Part shown: positions 1 through 8,660 of the stretch, piece after piece
Layout: the number at the start of each line of letters is the position of its first letter
How positions within the stretch are numbered: position 1 is the stretch's first letter
Source of the DNA: an uncultured Clostridia bacterium
GTDB taxonomy: Bacteria; Bacillota; Clostridia; TANB77; CAG-465
Direction of reading: 5' to 3'
Assembly (NCBI GenBank): GCA_947632225.1
Contig: CANROM010000002.1
Span: forward strand, 1 to 53,904
Length of the DNA stretch: 53,904 bases
Position numbers and translations under genes: made by a program
The notes under the pieces: model-generated
Told to the model about the DNA's origin: nothing
The model's input: only the letters and a program-made list of their open reading frames with translations
Databases searched by the model: none

Positions 1-2087
1 CCATCTTCATTTACTATCTCTTCATAATATGTAAGTCCACTTAACTTAGCTATCTCACTTGAGCTCTTTCCTTCTACTCCACCAGGTACTGAGCTATTTA
101 ATACTAGCCATAACTTTGCTCCTGTTGCTGGGTATTTTTCATCTTTATCTGTATTTTGGTCAAATTTTACTGTCTCTACTCTTCCACGTTCTACTCTTTC
201 TGTTGAACGTCCACCATTTTCTAGTGCACTTTCTATTGTAATATGTTCCACTGTCTGTTCTGCTGGATTTTTAGAGAATGTATAAACATTTTCATCTATT
301 AAATACCCCTCTGGACGTTTTGTTTCTTTTACATAGTATGTGCCTGTCCACATATATTTAGACTCTGCACACCAATAGCCATCTGCATTTTGATGATCTA
401 TTGTTATTGTATCTACTACATCTGTTAATTCTCTATCTCTATAAATTGTATATTGTGCTCCTACAAATGTTGCATCTCCTTGTGTCCAATTATATGAGCC
501 TGCTTTGTTTTTTCCATATATATCTGCATCATAGTCTTGTTTTCTTACAACTATTTTCATTTTTTTAGATATATCTATTTTTCTTGTATCATTATCAAAA
601 GTATATACCTTACCGTCTTCTGATATAAATACATCAAAATTTTCCATTTTTAAAGCAGAGTCTGGTACGATACTTTCTTCAACCTCATATAAGCCATATG
701 GTAATCCTACTTTTCCATCGTTACCTGCTACCCCTTCTATTGAGCACATTCCGTCTGCTCCAGATATATTACTATAATATACTTTTGATCTATCGCTCTT
801 TAGTGTTGCTTTAAACTGAGCACCGGCTAAATCTATTTCTTCATCATAGTCTGAGTTTTGCAATCTTTTATGTATTAATATTTTTCCTCTTTTTACGTTT
901 TCACTTGAAGTAACAGTTAATCTTTCAATACTAGCTCCTGAATCAGCGTCCACAGAATATATTCTATTATCTAATATATATCCTTCTGATGGAGTTATTT
1001 CTTTAATATAATATGTATTTCCAACCGCTACTTTAACTCCAAATGTCGCAAATAAATTTGATTGAACAGTCGCTACGTCAATTCTGTCTTGACAGCTAGA
1101 ATCAGAATATAATCCATATATTGCTCCGGAAAGTTTTGCATCACCTTGTGGAGTGCTTCCTGTTTGAGAATCTACCTTTTTTACTCTTAAAGTTACTCCT
1201 GCTACCCCATTAGTAACATAAACTTTAGCAATACCATCAGTTGCATCTTCTTTGCGTACATGATGAACAGTAGAATCTAATTCTAAATGTTCAGGTGCAT
1301 ATGTCTCCTTTACCCAATATTCTGCTGCACTTAATTCTCCAGATGTAGCATGTCCCATACTATCAGTAGTAATTGTTTCAACAGGTTGTGTACATGAAGA
1401 ATCCGAATATATTGTAAATTGGCATCCTGCTAGGTCTGTATTTACATCTCCTTTTACATCACCTATTTCTATGCTTTTTATAATATTAATTTTATAATTA
1501 ACATCAGCTACTATAACACCAGTTAATGGCTGATATGATGAATTACTTGAATAAACTACAAAATACGCCAAATCATCTGGAATATTTCCTTCATTAATTT
1601 TGTTTACAAGCCACTCTGAAAAACCCCAGCCAGGCATTTTTTCTTGAATCTCTGTATGTCCTAAATTATGTGACACAGCATATGATGTAGAAACTATTTG
1701 GTGTCTAGCATCATTTACCCCAGTAGATCCACCAGTCCATTGTGAATGTGCTGGTCCATAATATCCATAGTATAATGCAGCAGCAACTCTTGGCTTATAA
1801 TCCGGATCTCCTGGCATATAAATCTTACCATTCATAGCAGTACTTACTTTAGGAGAATTTTTAGTGTGCCATCCGCAAATTGCTGGTAAAGTACCATACC
1901 CTTGAGAGCTAAAATCTATCTCAAAATATGAACTTCCAACTGTCTTTTCTCCATGATTAGTTGGAAACTCAAACCAGTCTTGCCTACTTACTGTTCCCCC
2001 AAGATCATATTGATCTGCATATACGTTAGATATTAAAAATAATACTGAAAAAATTATTAGTGTTAAAAATATCTTTGTTCTTTTCAT
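1..2087 (-). CDS. Large secreted cell-surface protein, N-terminal ~695 codons; the C-terminus lies beyond the window start
   Basis: Own translation from ATG at 2087 (RBS gaggagg upstream) gives MKRTKIFLTLIIFSVLFLISNVYADQYDLGG..., a signal peptide. This is followed by repeated modules such as GDAKLSGAIYGLYSDSSC...YYIKEITPSEGY, typical of SpaA/Cna-B-like Ig-fold repeats. The frame stays open to position 1, which explains why it is missing from the ORF track. Confidence 0.8.
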   Translation of the reverse strand, partial: MKRTKIFLTLIIFSVLFLISNVYADQYDLGGTVSRQDWFEFPTNHGEKTVGSSYFEIDFSSQGYGTLPAICGWHTKNSPKVSTAMNGKIYMPGDPDYKPRVAAALYYGYYGPAHSQWTGGSTGVNDARHQIVSTSYAVSHNLGHTEIQEKMPGWGFSEWLVNKINEGNIPDDLAYFVVYSSNSSYQPLTGVIVADVNYKINIIKSIEIGDVKGDVNTDLAGCQFTIYSDSSCTQPVETITTDSMGHATSGELSAAEYWVKETYAPEHLELDSTVHHVRKEDATDGIAKVYVTNGVAGVTLRVKKVDSQTGSTPQGDAKLSGAIYGLYSDSSCQDRIDVATVQSNLFATFGVKVAVGNTYYIKEITPSEGYILDNRIYSVDADSGASIERLTVTSSENVKRGKILIHKRLQNSDYDEEIDLAGAQFKATLKSDRSKVYYSNISGADGMCSIEGVAGNDGKVGLPYGLYEVEESIVPDSALKMENFDVFISEDGKVYTFDNDTRKIDISKKMKIVVRKQDYDADIYGKNKAGSYNWTQGDATFVGAQYTIYRDRELTDVVDTITIDHQNADGYWCAESKYMWTGTYYVKETKRPEGYLIDENVYTFSKNPAEQTVEHITIESALENGGRSTERVERGRVETVKFDQNTDKDEKYPATGAKLWLVLNSSVPGGVEGKSSSEIAKLSGLTYYEEIVNED

Positions 2088-2238
2088 ATTCTTCCTCCTC
2101 TTATACCTTATATATTAATTATATCTCTAAATTTTTTTATTGTGCCTTTTACATGTGTTATTTCAAGACTTTTAAGCCAATTGTTACAGCTTTAAAACAG
2201 TAAAATAACAATAATATTTCAAATGTAGTGTAGTATAT

Positions 2239-2268
2239 AAAAAATAGCCTAGCTTTTACGCTAGGCTA
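2239..2268 (-). terminator. Rho-independent terminator downstream of the 2278..3729 gene
   Basis: 9-bp stem tagcctagc/gctaggcta (2245-2253 / 2260-2268), followed on the minus strand by a T6 run (A-run 2239-2244). Confidence 0.7.
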
Positions 2269-2277
2269 CTCTTAATT

Positions 2278-3729
2278 TTACATCATACCAAATTTTTTAG
2301 TTGAAGCTCTAAATGTTTGATTACATAGTTTACTCCATACTTTATATTCTTGCATTTTTTTATTTATTATTTCAATTTGATACTCGTTATCTTGTACTTT
2401 TATAATTCTAATTATATCATTTTCTTCATAATTTATATCATTTAGTTTTTCACTTACAAATGTAAGATATGATTGTCCTGGCTTATATGTAATTTTTGCC
2501 TCTTTATCCTCATATTCCACATTATCTTTTGCATCTGTTATCTTTAAATCTATTTTTTTAACTTTATATAAGCTTCCATTTATTTCTTCACTTTCAACAT
2601 CATCTAATGAGAAAAATTCAGGAATCATAAGTCTTATATGGTTAGGTATTCTTATTGAATCAAGCTCTTTTGAGTTCTTGTTTGAAGCTTCAAATATAAA
2701 ATTAGTAACACTATTTAAATTAACCTTTTTTACTTTTACTACTTCTTTTGGTTCTTCGTTTACAGCTTTAGTTGCTTTTTTAGTGGCTTTCTTTTTATCC
2801 TCTTTTTTTGTACTTATATCTAATTTTATATCTGCTTTAGAAAATAGCATATCGTTAATATCTAATGCTTCATCTGTATACTCTACATCTTCATCTTCAG
2901 AGTTTGCCTCTTCTGTAGGTTTATCCTCCTCTGATTCATATCCTTCTATATCCTTTGGTAAAGTTATTTTTTCTTCTTCATAATCTATATCTATTTCTTC
3001 ACTTTTCTTTTGAGATACTTCCTCTTCTGGAATATCTATATCTATAGAAATATCACTTAAATCTACCTTAGGTATTTCTACCTCTTTTTTTGTTTCCTCT
3101 TCTTCTACATTTTTTTCCTCTTTATATTCTGCTGGCTTTGGTTTTTTACCTAAAAGCTCAGAAATACTCATTACACTATGATTGTACTGTCTTGTTGAAA
3201 AAATCTCTTTATTTTCAACAAGTTTTCTTATTGCCTCTTTATCTAACTTATTAAAGCCATCGTTTTCCACTAATTTTAATAGTTCTTTTATTTGTGCTTT
3301 ATATTGTTGTTTATCCATTGTATCTTTTAAATCATATGTAACTTTTGTATAAAGTGATAAATCTGTCTGTATTCCGCTCTCAGATAAATTTGACGCAGAT
3401 ATGTACATCTCTACTCTATCTGTATACTCAAATATGCACATATTTGATACAAATTCATTTACGTCATTATTTGAATAATAATATACGTCGTCTGTAAAAT
3501 CTAACAAACCATCTAGCATAGCTTTAGTAGTTGATTTTTTATCTATGCCTATTGCAAAAAATAGCTTTGTTTTTATATCTATTAAGTCCTCTTCTATAAT
3601 TTTATATCCTGTTTCCTTAAAATTTCCAACAAAAAAATATGCTTTCTTTGCATTTTGCGCTAAGCACTCAGAAATAGCATTAGCTATTGTATTTTCATTT
3701 TCTTTTTGCATTATAATATTTATTTGCAT
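2278..3729 (-). CDS. Hypothetical three-part protein: degenerate PLD-like N-domain, long acidic K/E-rich linker, B3/pseudobarrel-like C-domain
   Basis: Long ORF. The likely true start is MQINIIMQKE at 3729 (RBS agagagg); the track start at 3783 is over-extended. The N-terminal ~175 aa has PLD-nuclease-like strand/helix spacing ending in NMCIFEYTDRVEMYISASNLSESG, where HxK...GSxN is expected. Residues ~200-370 are E/K/D low complexity. The C-terminus RIPNHIRLMIPEFF...YLTFVSEKLNDINYEENDIIRII resembles the B3-like DNA-binding fold. Confidence 0.6.
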   Translation of the reverse strand: MQINIIMQKENENTIANAISECLAQNAKKAYFFVGNFKETGYKIIEEDLIDIKTKLFFAIGIDKKSTTKAMLDGLLDFTDDVYYYSNNDVNEFVSNMCIFEYTDRVEMYISASNLSESGIQTDLSLYTKVTYDLKDTMDKQQYKAQIKELLKLVENDGFNKLDKEAIRKLVENKEIFSTRQYNHSVMSISELLGKKPKPAEYKEEKNVEEEETKKEVEIPKVDLSDISIDIDIPEEEVSQKKSEEIDIDYEEEKITLPKDIEGYESEEDKPTEEANSEDEDVEYTDEALDINDMLFSKADIKLDISTKKEDKKKATKKATKAVNEEPKEVVKVKKVNLNSVTNFIFEASNKNSKELDSIRIPNHIRLMIPEFFSLDDVESEEINGSLYKVKKIDLKITDAKDNVEYEDKEAKITYKPGQSYLTFVSEKLNDINYEENDIIRIIKVQDNEYQIEIINKKMQEYKVWSKLCNQTFRASTKKFGMM

Positions 3730-3781
3730 AATAACTTTACCTCTCTTTATTTTAATAATTATATAATATAATAAATCACAC

Positions 3782-3814
3782 AAAAAGTAAAGACTTTATT
3801 AAATAAAGTCTTTA
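3782..3814 (-). terminator. Rho-independent terminator at the end of fhs
   Basis: 12-bp stem taaagactttat/ataaagtcttta (3788-3799 / 3803-3814) enclosing the fhs stop codon, followed on the minus strand by T5. Confidence 0.6.
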
Positions 3815-5388
3815 TATTTAGATGACTTTCCAAGTCCTGGAAGTGTCATAATATTTCCTGCATATGCTACTATAAAACCAGCACCTGCATCTATTTTTAT
3901 ATCTCTTATTGTAACTGTAAAGTCTGTTGGTCTTCCTAGTACTTTCGCATCATCTGTAAGAGATGCTGGAGTCTTTGCAATACAAACAGGTAAATTACCA
4001 TAGCCATTATCATTTGCAGCTTTTATATTACCTATAGCATCAGGTAAGAAAGTTACATCTTTTGCCCCATATATCTCTTTACATATTTTATTTATTTTTT
4101 CCTCTATACTTAGTTCTAAGTCATATAAAGGTTTATAGTTAGATTTTTGAGTATCTAGTATTTCAACTACTTTTTTAGCAAAATCTACAGTTCCGTCTGA
4201 ACCTTTAGCATAAGCTTGAGAAAGCTCAACTTCTACACCTTGAGATTTAGCATATTCTCTAATATACTCTATTTCCTCTTGTGTATCTGTATCATAGTTA
4301 TTTATGCATACCATTACTGGTATATCATACTTTTTCATATTCTCTATATGCTTACCTAAGTTTGCTATTCCTTTAGAAAGAGCTTCCATATTTTTTTGTG
4401 CAATATTTTCCATTGAAACATAGCCATTGTATTTTAGTGCTTTAACAGTTGCAACTATAATTGCCATATCTGGTTTTAGGTTTGCTTTTCTACATTTTAT
4501 ATCTAAAAACTTTTCTGCACCAAGATCTGATCCAAATCCCGCCTCAACTACGCAATAATCTGCAAGTTTAAGTCCAAGTTTTGTTGCAACTACCGAGTTA
4601 CATCCATGAGCGATATTTGCAAATGGTCCAAGATGTACAATACATGGTGTTTCCTCAACTGTTTGTACAAGATTAGGTTTTAGTGCATCTTTAAGTAATG
4701 CCATCATAGCTCCCACTACTTCTAATTGTCTAGCATATACAGGCTTATTATCTAAAGTATATGCTACGAGTATATTTCCAAGCATTTCTCTTAAATTTTC
4801 TCTATCAGTTGCTAAACAGCAGATAGCCATAATTTCACAAGCAGCAGTTATCTCAAATCCTGTATTATAGCTTACTCTCTTATCGTTAATAGTTATATTT
4901 CTTAATGACCTATCATTCATATCTATAGCTCTTTTTATTCGTATTGTATCTTTATCTATGTTAAGCTCATTACCGTTATATATATGATTATCTATGACAG
5001 AACATAGTAAATTATTTGCAGATGTAATAGCATGGAAATCTCCTGTAAAATGTAGGTTTATATCCTCTTGAGGTTCTACAGTAGCTTTTCCGCCACCAAT
5101 TGCGCCACCTTTTATTCCAAATACGGGTCCAAGAGATGGTTCTCTTAAAACGACTATGCTATTTTTTCCTATCTTATTTAATCCCATTGCAAGACCAATA
5201 GATTGTGTTGTTTTTCCCTCTCCTAGAGGTGTAGGATTTATAGCGGTCATAAGTATAAGTTTTCCATCTTTTTTGTTACATAGTTTCTTATAATAATCAT
5301 CTGGCAATTTTGCTTTATACTTTCCGTAACACTCTAAATCTTCCTCTGGTATGTTAATCATCTTTGCTATTTCTAATATATTCTTCAT
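3799..5388 (-). CDS. fhs: Formate--tetrahydrofolate ligase
   Basis: Full-length match to the Fhs pattern: N-terminal IAKMINIPEEDLECYGKYKAKL, P-loop-like TPLGEGKTT and GGAIGGG, C-terminal PVCIAKT...S. Confidence 0.95.
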   Translation of the reverse strand: MKNILEIAKMINIPEEDLECYGKYKAKLPDDYYKKLCNKKDGKLILMTAINPTPLGEGKTTQSIGLAMGLNKIGKNSIVVLREPSLGPVFGIKGGAIGGGKATVEPQEDINLHFTGDFHAITSANNLLCSVIDNHIYNGNELNIDKDTIRIKRAIDMNDRSLRNITINDKRVSYNTGFEITAACEIMAICCLATDRENLREMLGNILVAYTLDNKPVYARQLEVVGAMMALLKDALKPNLVQTVEETPCIVHLGPFANIAHGCNSVVATKLGLKLADYCVVEAGFGSDLGAEKFLDIKCRKANLKPDMAIIVATVKALKYNGYVSMENIAQKNMEALSKGIANLGKHIENMKKYDIPVMVCINNYDTDTQEEIEYIREYAKSQGVEVELSQAYAKGSDGTVDFAKKVVEILDTQKSNYKPLYDLELSIEEKINKICKEIYGAKDVTFLPDAIGNIKAANDNGYGNLPVCIAKTPASLTDDAKVLGRPTDFTVTIRDIKIDAGAGFIVAYAGNIMTLPGLGKSSKYKDFI

Positions 5389-5434
5389 ATGTACCTCCTT
5401 ATATGAACTCTTTTAATTATATCATTGTATCTGA

Positions 5435-7084
5435 TTATTTTAATAGTAAATAACCAGTCAATCTATAGTCTTCTATTTCTTTACTATTCTTATCATAATA
5501 AATATATATACTTGTTAGTATAAGCTTTTTATTATTATCAATTTGTATTTCATTTATATTTTCAAAATTATCATCTAAATTATCTCCATATTGTATATAC
5601 TCACTAATTTCTCTTGTAATGTCTATATTTAATATATCATTGTCATCATTGCTATTTCTTAATTCTACATTTTCAAAAGTTTCTACTATGCTTTGAGGGT
5701 TATCCAAGTAACAATATGAATAAACATTATATAGCTTTCCATACTCTGCTATATCTATATACTCCATATCTACATCTGCTCTCATGTATTCATATTTATC
5801 TGATGGGTTTGTCATATTTATATCGCTTATAATTTCTTTATCATTTTCAGTTAATAGATTCTCTACTAATTCTTTTCCTTCGTCTGAGTTTATTAAATAC
5901 TTATATGCACCATAGATTTTTTTCTTTTCTTCTTCTGTATATGTATTATTTTCTTTAAATGTTTTTAAAATGTTATATTGGCTTATTTGTGATACTTTAT
6001 ACATATTTACATATGGCACAACTGTAGAAACTACCATAAGTGCAGTAAACACTAACACTATTTTTCCAATATCTTCTTTTTTTATTAAATACATTACTAT
6101 ATATATAATTTCAAAAATTATGAGCATAACACATAAATACCTATTTTCTGTAAAGCCATTATTAAGTATTCTTATGCCTATTGAATAAATTTGAAGAAAA
6201 ATAAATGGTATAAATAATTTTGGAAGTAAGTTATTTATCTTATCTATTATTGTATTTTCTTTAAAGCTTTCCATCATTGTCCATATTGGACATCCTAATA
6301 TAAATAAAGCAGCAAGTATTCTAAATATTTGGTTTGATGGCATATCTCTTAAAATAATAATCTTAATTATATATATGTAAATTATTGCAAAAGCAATGAT
6401 TACTAGTGTGCCTAAAACATACTTAATTACCACTTTAGAAAATTTAGAGTTTTTCTCTTCAATATTATATAAAGAATACAGAAGAGCTGGTACATAGTAA
6501 ATTCCAAGTACTAAAATTTCTATTCTTCCAAGTAAGGTATATGTACTACCACCTAATATTAGATAAATAAATATAGATGTTACAATTGCACTGCCTAATG
6601 CAAGTATTGCATACACAATAGACGTTTTAAATACATTTACAAAAACTGATGTTACATACTGTTCAAAGCTTTTCATACTTCTTTTATAATTAAAGTATAT
6701 TGCTAGTATAAAAAATGACATTGTACTACAATAGAATAAGTGCTCAATCCAACTTATAATATTTTTAGGTAGTAGCATTTCTATTACATCTGGGCATGCG
6801 AATATATACGTAAATATCGTTGCGTACACTACTGAAATTATATAGCCTAATATTTTTTTACGTTTTTCTTTAGATATTGTTTCTATTAAAAATGCTCCAT
6901 CTGCAAATGTAAAGCCAAAAATAGTCATATTTAATAGTATATCTGGATCAATAAAATTTGTTCCTAAATCTATAGCATATATTAAAGTCAATACAAATAC
7001 TGTTATCATTGTTAATGGAAATTTTTCTATAGATTTTTTCAATGTTGCATAAAACTTTTCTGCTTTTTCTTTTAATTTATTCAT
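5435..7084 (-). CDS. Polytopic membrane protein (about 10+ TM helices) with a C-terminal soluble domain
   Basis: 549-aa ORF with a strongly hydrophobic N-terminal 2/3 and an acidic C-terminal ~180 aa. It lies 46 nt upstream of fhs on the same strand. Confidence 0.7.
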   Translation of the reverse strand: MNKLKEKAEKFYATLKKSIEKFPLTMITVFVLTLIYAIDLGTNFIDPDILLNMTIFGFTFADGAFLIETISKEKRKKILGYIISVVYATIFTYIFACPDVIEMLLPKNIISWIEHLFYCSTMSFFILAIYFNYKRSMKSFEQYVTSVFVNVFKTSIVYAILALGSAIVTSIFIYLILGGSTYTLLGRIEILVLGIYYVPALLYSLYNIEEKNSKFSKVVIKYVLGTLVIIAFAIIYIYIIKIIILRDMPSNQIFRILAALFILGCPIWTMMESFKENTIIDKINNLLPKLFIPFIFLQIYSIGIRILNNGFTENRYLCVMLIIFEIIYIVMYLIKKEDIGKIVLVFTALMVVSTVVPYVNMYKVSQISQYNILKTFKENNTYTEEEKKKIYGAYKYLINSDEGKELVENLLTENDKEIISDINMTNPSDKYEYMRADVDMEYIDIAEYGKLYNVYSYCYLDNPQSIVETFENVELRNSNDDNDILNIDITREISEYIQYGDNLDDNFENINEIQIDNNKKLILTSIYIYYDKNSKEIEDYRLTGYLLLK

Positions 7085-7175
7085 ATTATTTTTTCTCCTT
7101 TATAATTTTTTGCTCTATTTAGTGCAACATACGCCTTCATTGTATCATTAAATTTATATATTTTCAATTATTATT

Positions 7176-7202
7176 GAAAAAATGCCAAAGTTATTTGGCA
7201 TT
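7176..7202 (-). terminator. Rho-independent terminator ending the GT-C/UbiA/HAD operon
   Basis: 9-bp stem aatgccaaa/tttggcatt (7181-7189 / 7194-7202), followed on the minus strand by T5-6. Confidence 0.7.
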
Positions 7203-7206
7203 TCAT

Positions 7207-7773
7207 TTATTTTTCATATTTAGATATTTCTTCACCTTTTACTATATAGCTTACATTTGCAATATTAAACAAAGGTAAGTCAGATAAACTATCGCTATAT
7301 GCTTCAATTACATTAGCATTTTCATATAACTTATTAAGTCTATTTACCTTTTCATCTCCATAGCAATTTTTTCCGTTAAATTTTCCGCTTTTTTTATCTA
7401 CATCACTTGCAATAAGAGCTTTTACTTTTAATTTTTCGCAAGGTATTTTAAGTAAAAATTCAGGTGAAGCAGATATTATTACATCATTTGAGTGATCTTT
7501 TTTTAGATACCATTTTTTTATCTTTGAATAGTTTTTATTCCAAAATTCTTGTACGAGCTCGTCTATGTTTTCGTATGCATTTAAGAAAGAAAAAAAGGCT
7601 TGTTTCATTTCAGTTTTTTCTTTAATTTTTATTATATATAAAAACATATTCCATCCTTGTTTAAACCAATATTTACAAATGCTCTTTTTTCTTTTTAAAC
7701 AATACATATAAAAATCTATTGTAGAGTCACCATCATAGATTGTATTATCAAAATCATATACATTTATATCCAT
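7207..7773 (-). CDS. HAD-superfamily (HAD-IB-like) phosphatase
   Basis: Motif I DFDNT in MDINVYDFDNTIYDGDS. The true start is taken at this Met (7773), which removes the overlap with the upstream gene. Distal SDSLSD acidic motif is present. Confidence 0.8.
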   Translation of the reverse strand: MDINVYDFDNTIYDGDSTIDFYMYCLKRKKSICKYWFKQGWNMFLYIIKIKEKTEMKQAFFSFLNAYENIDELVQEFWNKNYSKIKKWYLKKDHSNDVIISASPEFLLKIPCEKLKVKALIASDVDKKSGKFNGKNCYGDEKVNRLNKLYENANVIEAYSDSLSDLPLFNIANVSYIVKGEEISKYEK

Positions 7774-7784
7774 AAGCACCTCTA

Positions 7785-8642
7785 TTATATTAAATATAGC
7801 AAGCCTAGTACTAATAGTCCATATGCTAAAATTGAGCATAGTAGTACTTTATCTGAAAGCACAACATCTACAGGATCACCAAAGCTATCTTGTTCTACTA
7901 ACATACTATATCTCATGCATATAATTATTACGAAAGGAACTGTTAGTGTTAAGTGACTGCTCTCTACTATTCCTACAGTCCACAAAGAATAAAATACTAT
8001 TGCCATTGCTAAGCACATATACATATTTTTGTCTAAAAATTCTTTATTGTAGTATTTTAGTACTTTCCTTGTATTCTTATCTGTTTTTATTATTTCATTT
8101 CTTCTTTTTCCAAGAACTAAGTAAAATGACATTGTAATAATTGTTAAATACAACCAGTCAGAAACTTCTACACCTATTACTGACGCACCATATACCACTC
8201 TTATTAAAAAGCCGGAAACCAAGATAGCAATATCAAGTAAAGGTATATTTTTTAGCCCAAAGCTATAGCCTAAATTTAATACTAAATATAATGCAAGTAA
8301 TACCATAGTATAGATAGATGCATTTAAATATACTAGTCCGGCAACTACTAGAATTAGTAAAAATATAACTAAGCATATAGCCTCTTTAATGCTAACCTTT
8401 CCAGAAGCTATCGGTCTATTTTTCTTCTTTGGATGAAGCTTGTCCTTTTCTACATCATTTATATCATTTACTATATAAACAATACTACATACTAGTGAAA
8501 ATATAGCAAATGCTAATACACAGTTTAATAAGCTTGAAACTTCAAATAATTTTTTACTAAACACTAGCGGAAAGAATATTAAGAAATTCTTAATGTAATG
8601 TTTTATTCTCATTAATTTCAAGTAATTTTTTATTTTTTCCAC
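7785..8642 (-). CDS. UbiA-family prenyltransferase, decaprenyl-phosphate phosphoribosyltransferase-like
   Basis: NDINDVEKD (NDxxDxxxD) followed by KKKNRPIASG. Second motif YSFGLKNIPLLDIAILVSGFLIRVVYG. About 8 TM helices. Confidence 0.8.
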   Translation of the reverse strand: MEKIKNYLKLMRIKHYIKNFLIFFPLVFSKKLFEVSSLLNCVLAFAIFSLVCSIVYIVNDINDVEKDKLHPKKKNRPIASGKVSIKEAICLVIFLLILVVAGLVYLNASIYTMVLLALYLVLNLGYSFGLKNIPLLDIAILVSGFLIRVVYGASVIGVEVSDWLYLTIITMSFYLVLGKRRNEIIKTDKNTRKVLKYYNKEFLDKNMYMCLAMAIVFYSLWTVGIVESSHLTLTVPFVIIICMRYSMLVEQDSFGDPVDVVLSDKVLLCSILAYGLLVLGLLYLI

Positions 8643-8660
8643 ATTATCACTCCCAATCTA

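Noticed and set aside
59-241. Plus-strand 60-aa ORF from the track.
   Set aside because: It lies antisense inside the long open minus-strand adhesin frame (1..2087). Its L/F/H-rich low-complexity translation is typical of a shadow ORF.
1650-1900. A possible thioester (TED) adhesin domain at the N-terminus of the truncated surface protein (AICGWH Cys, AALYYGYYGP, ARHQIVSTSYAV).
   Set aside because: The resemblance is only at motif level. The canonical TQxA(I/V)W is absent (HQ instead of TQ), and the Cys-Gln spacing (~63 aa) is much shorter than I recall for known TEDs. A structure prediction is needed before any claim.
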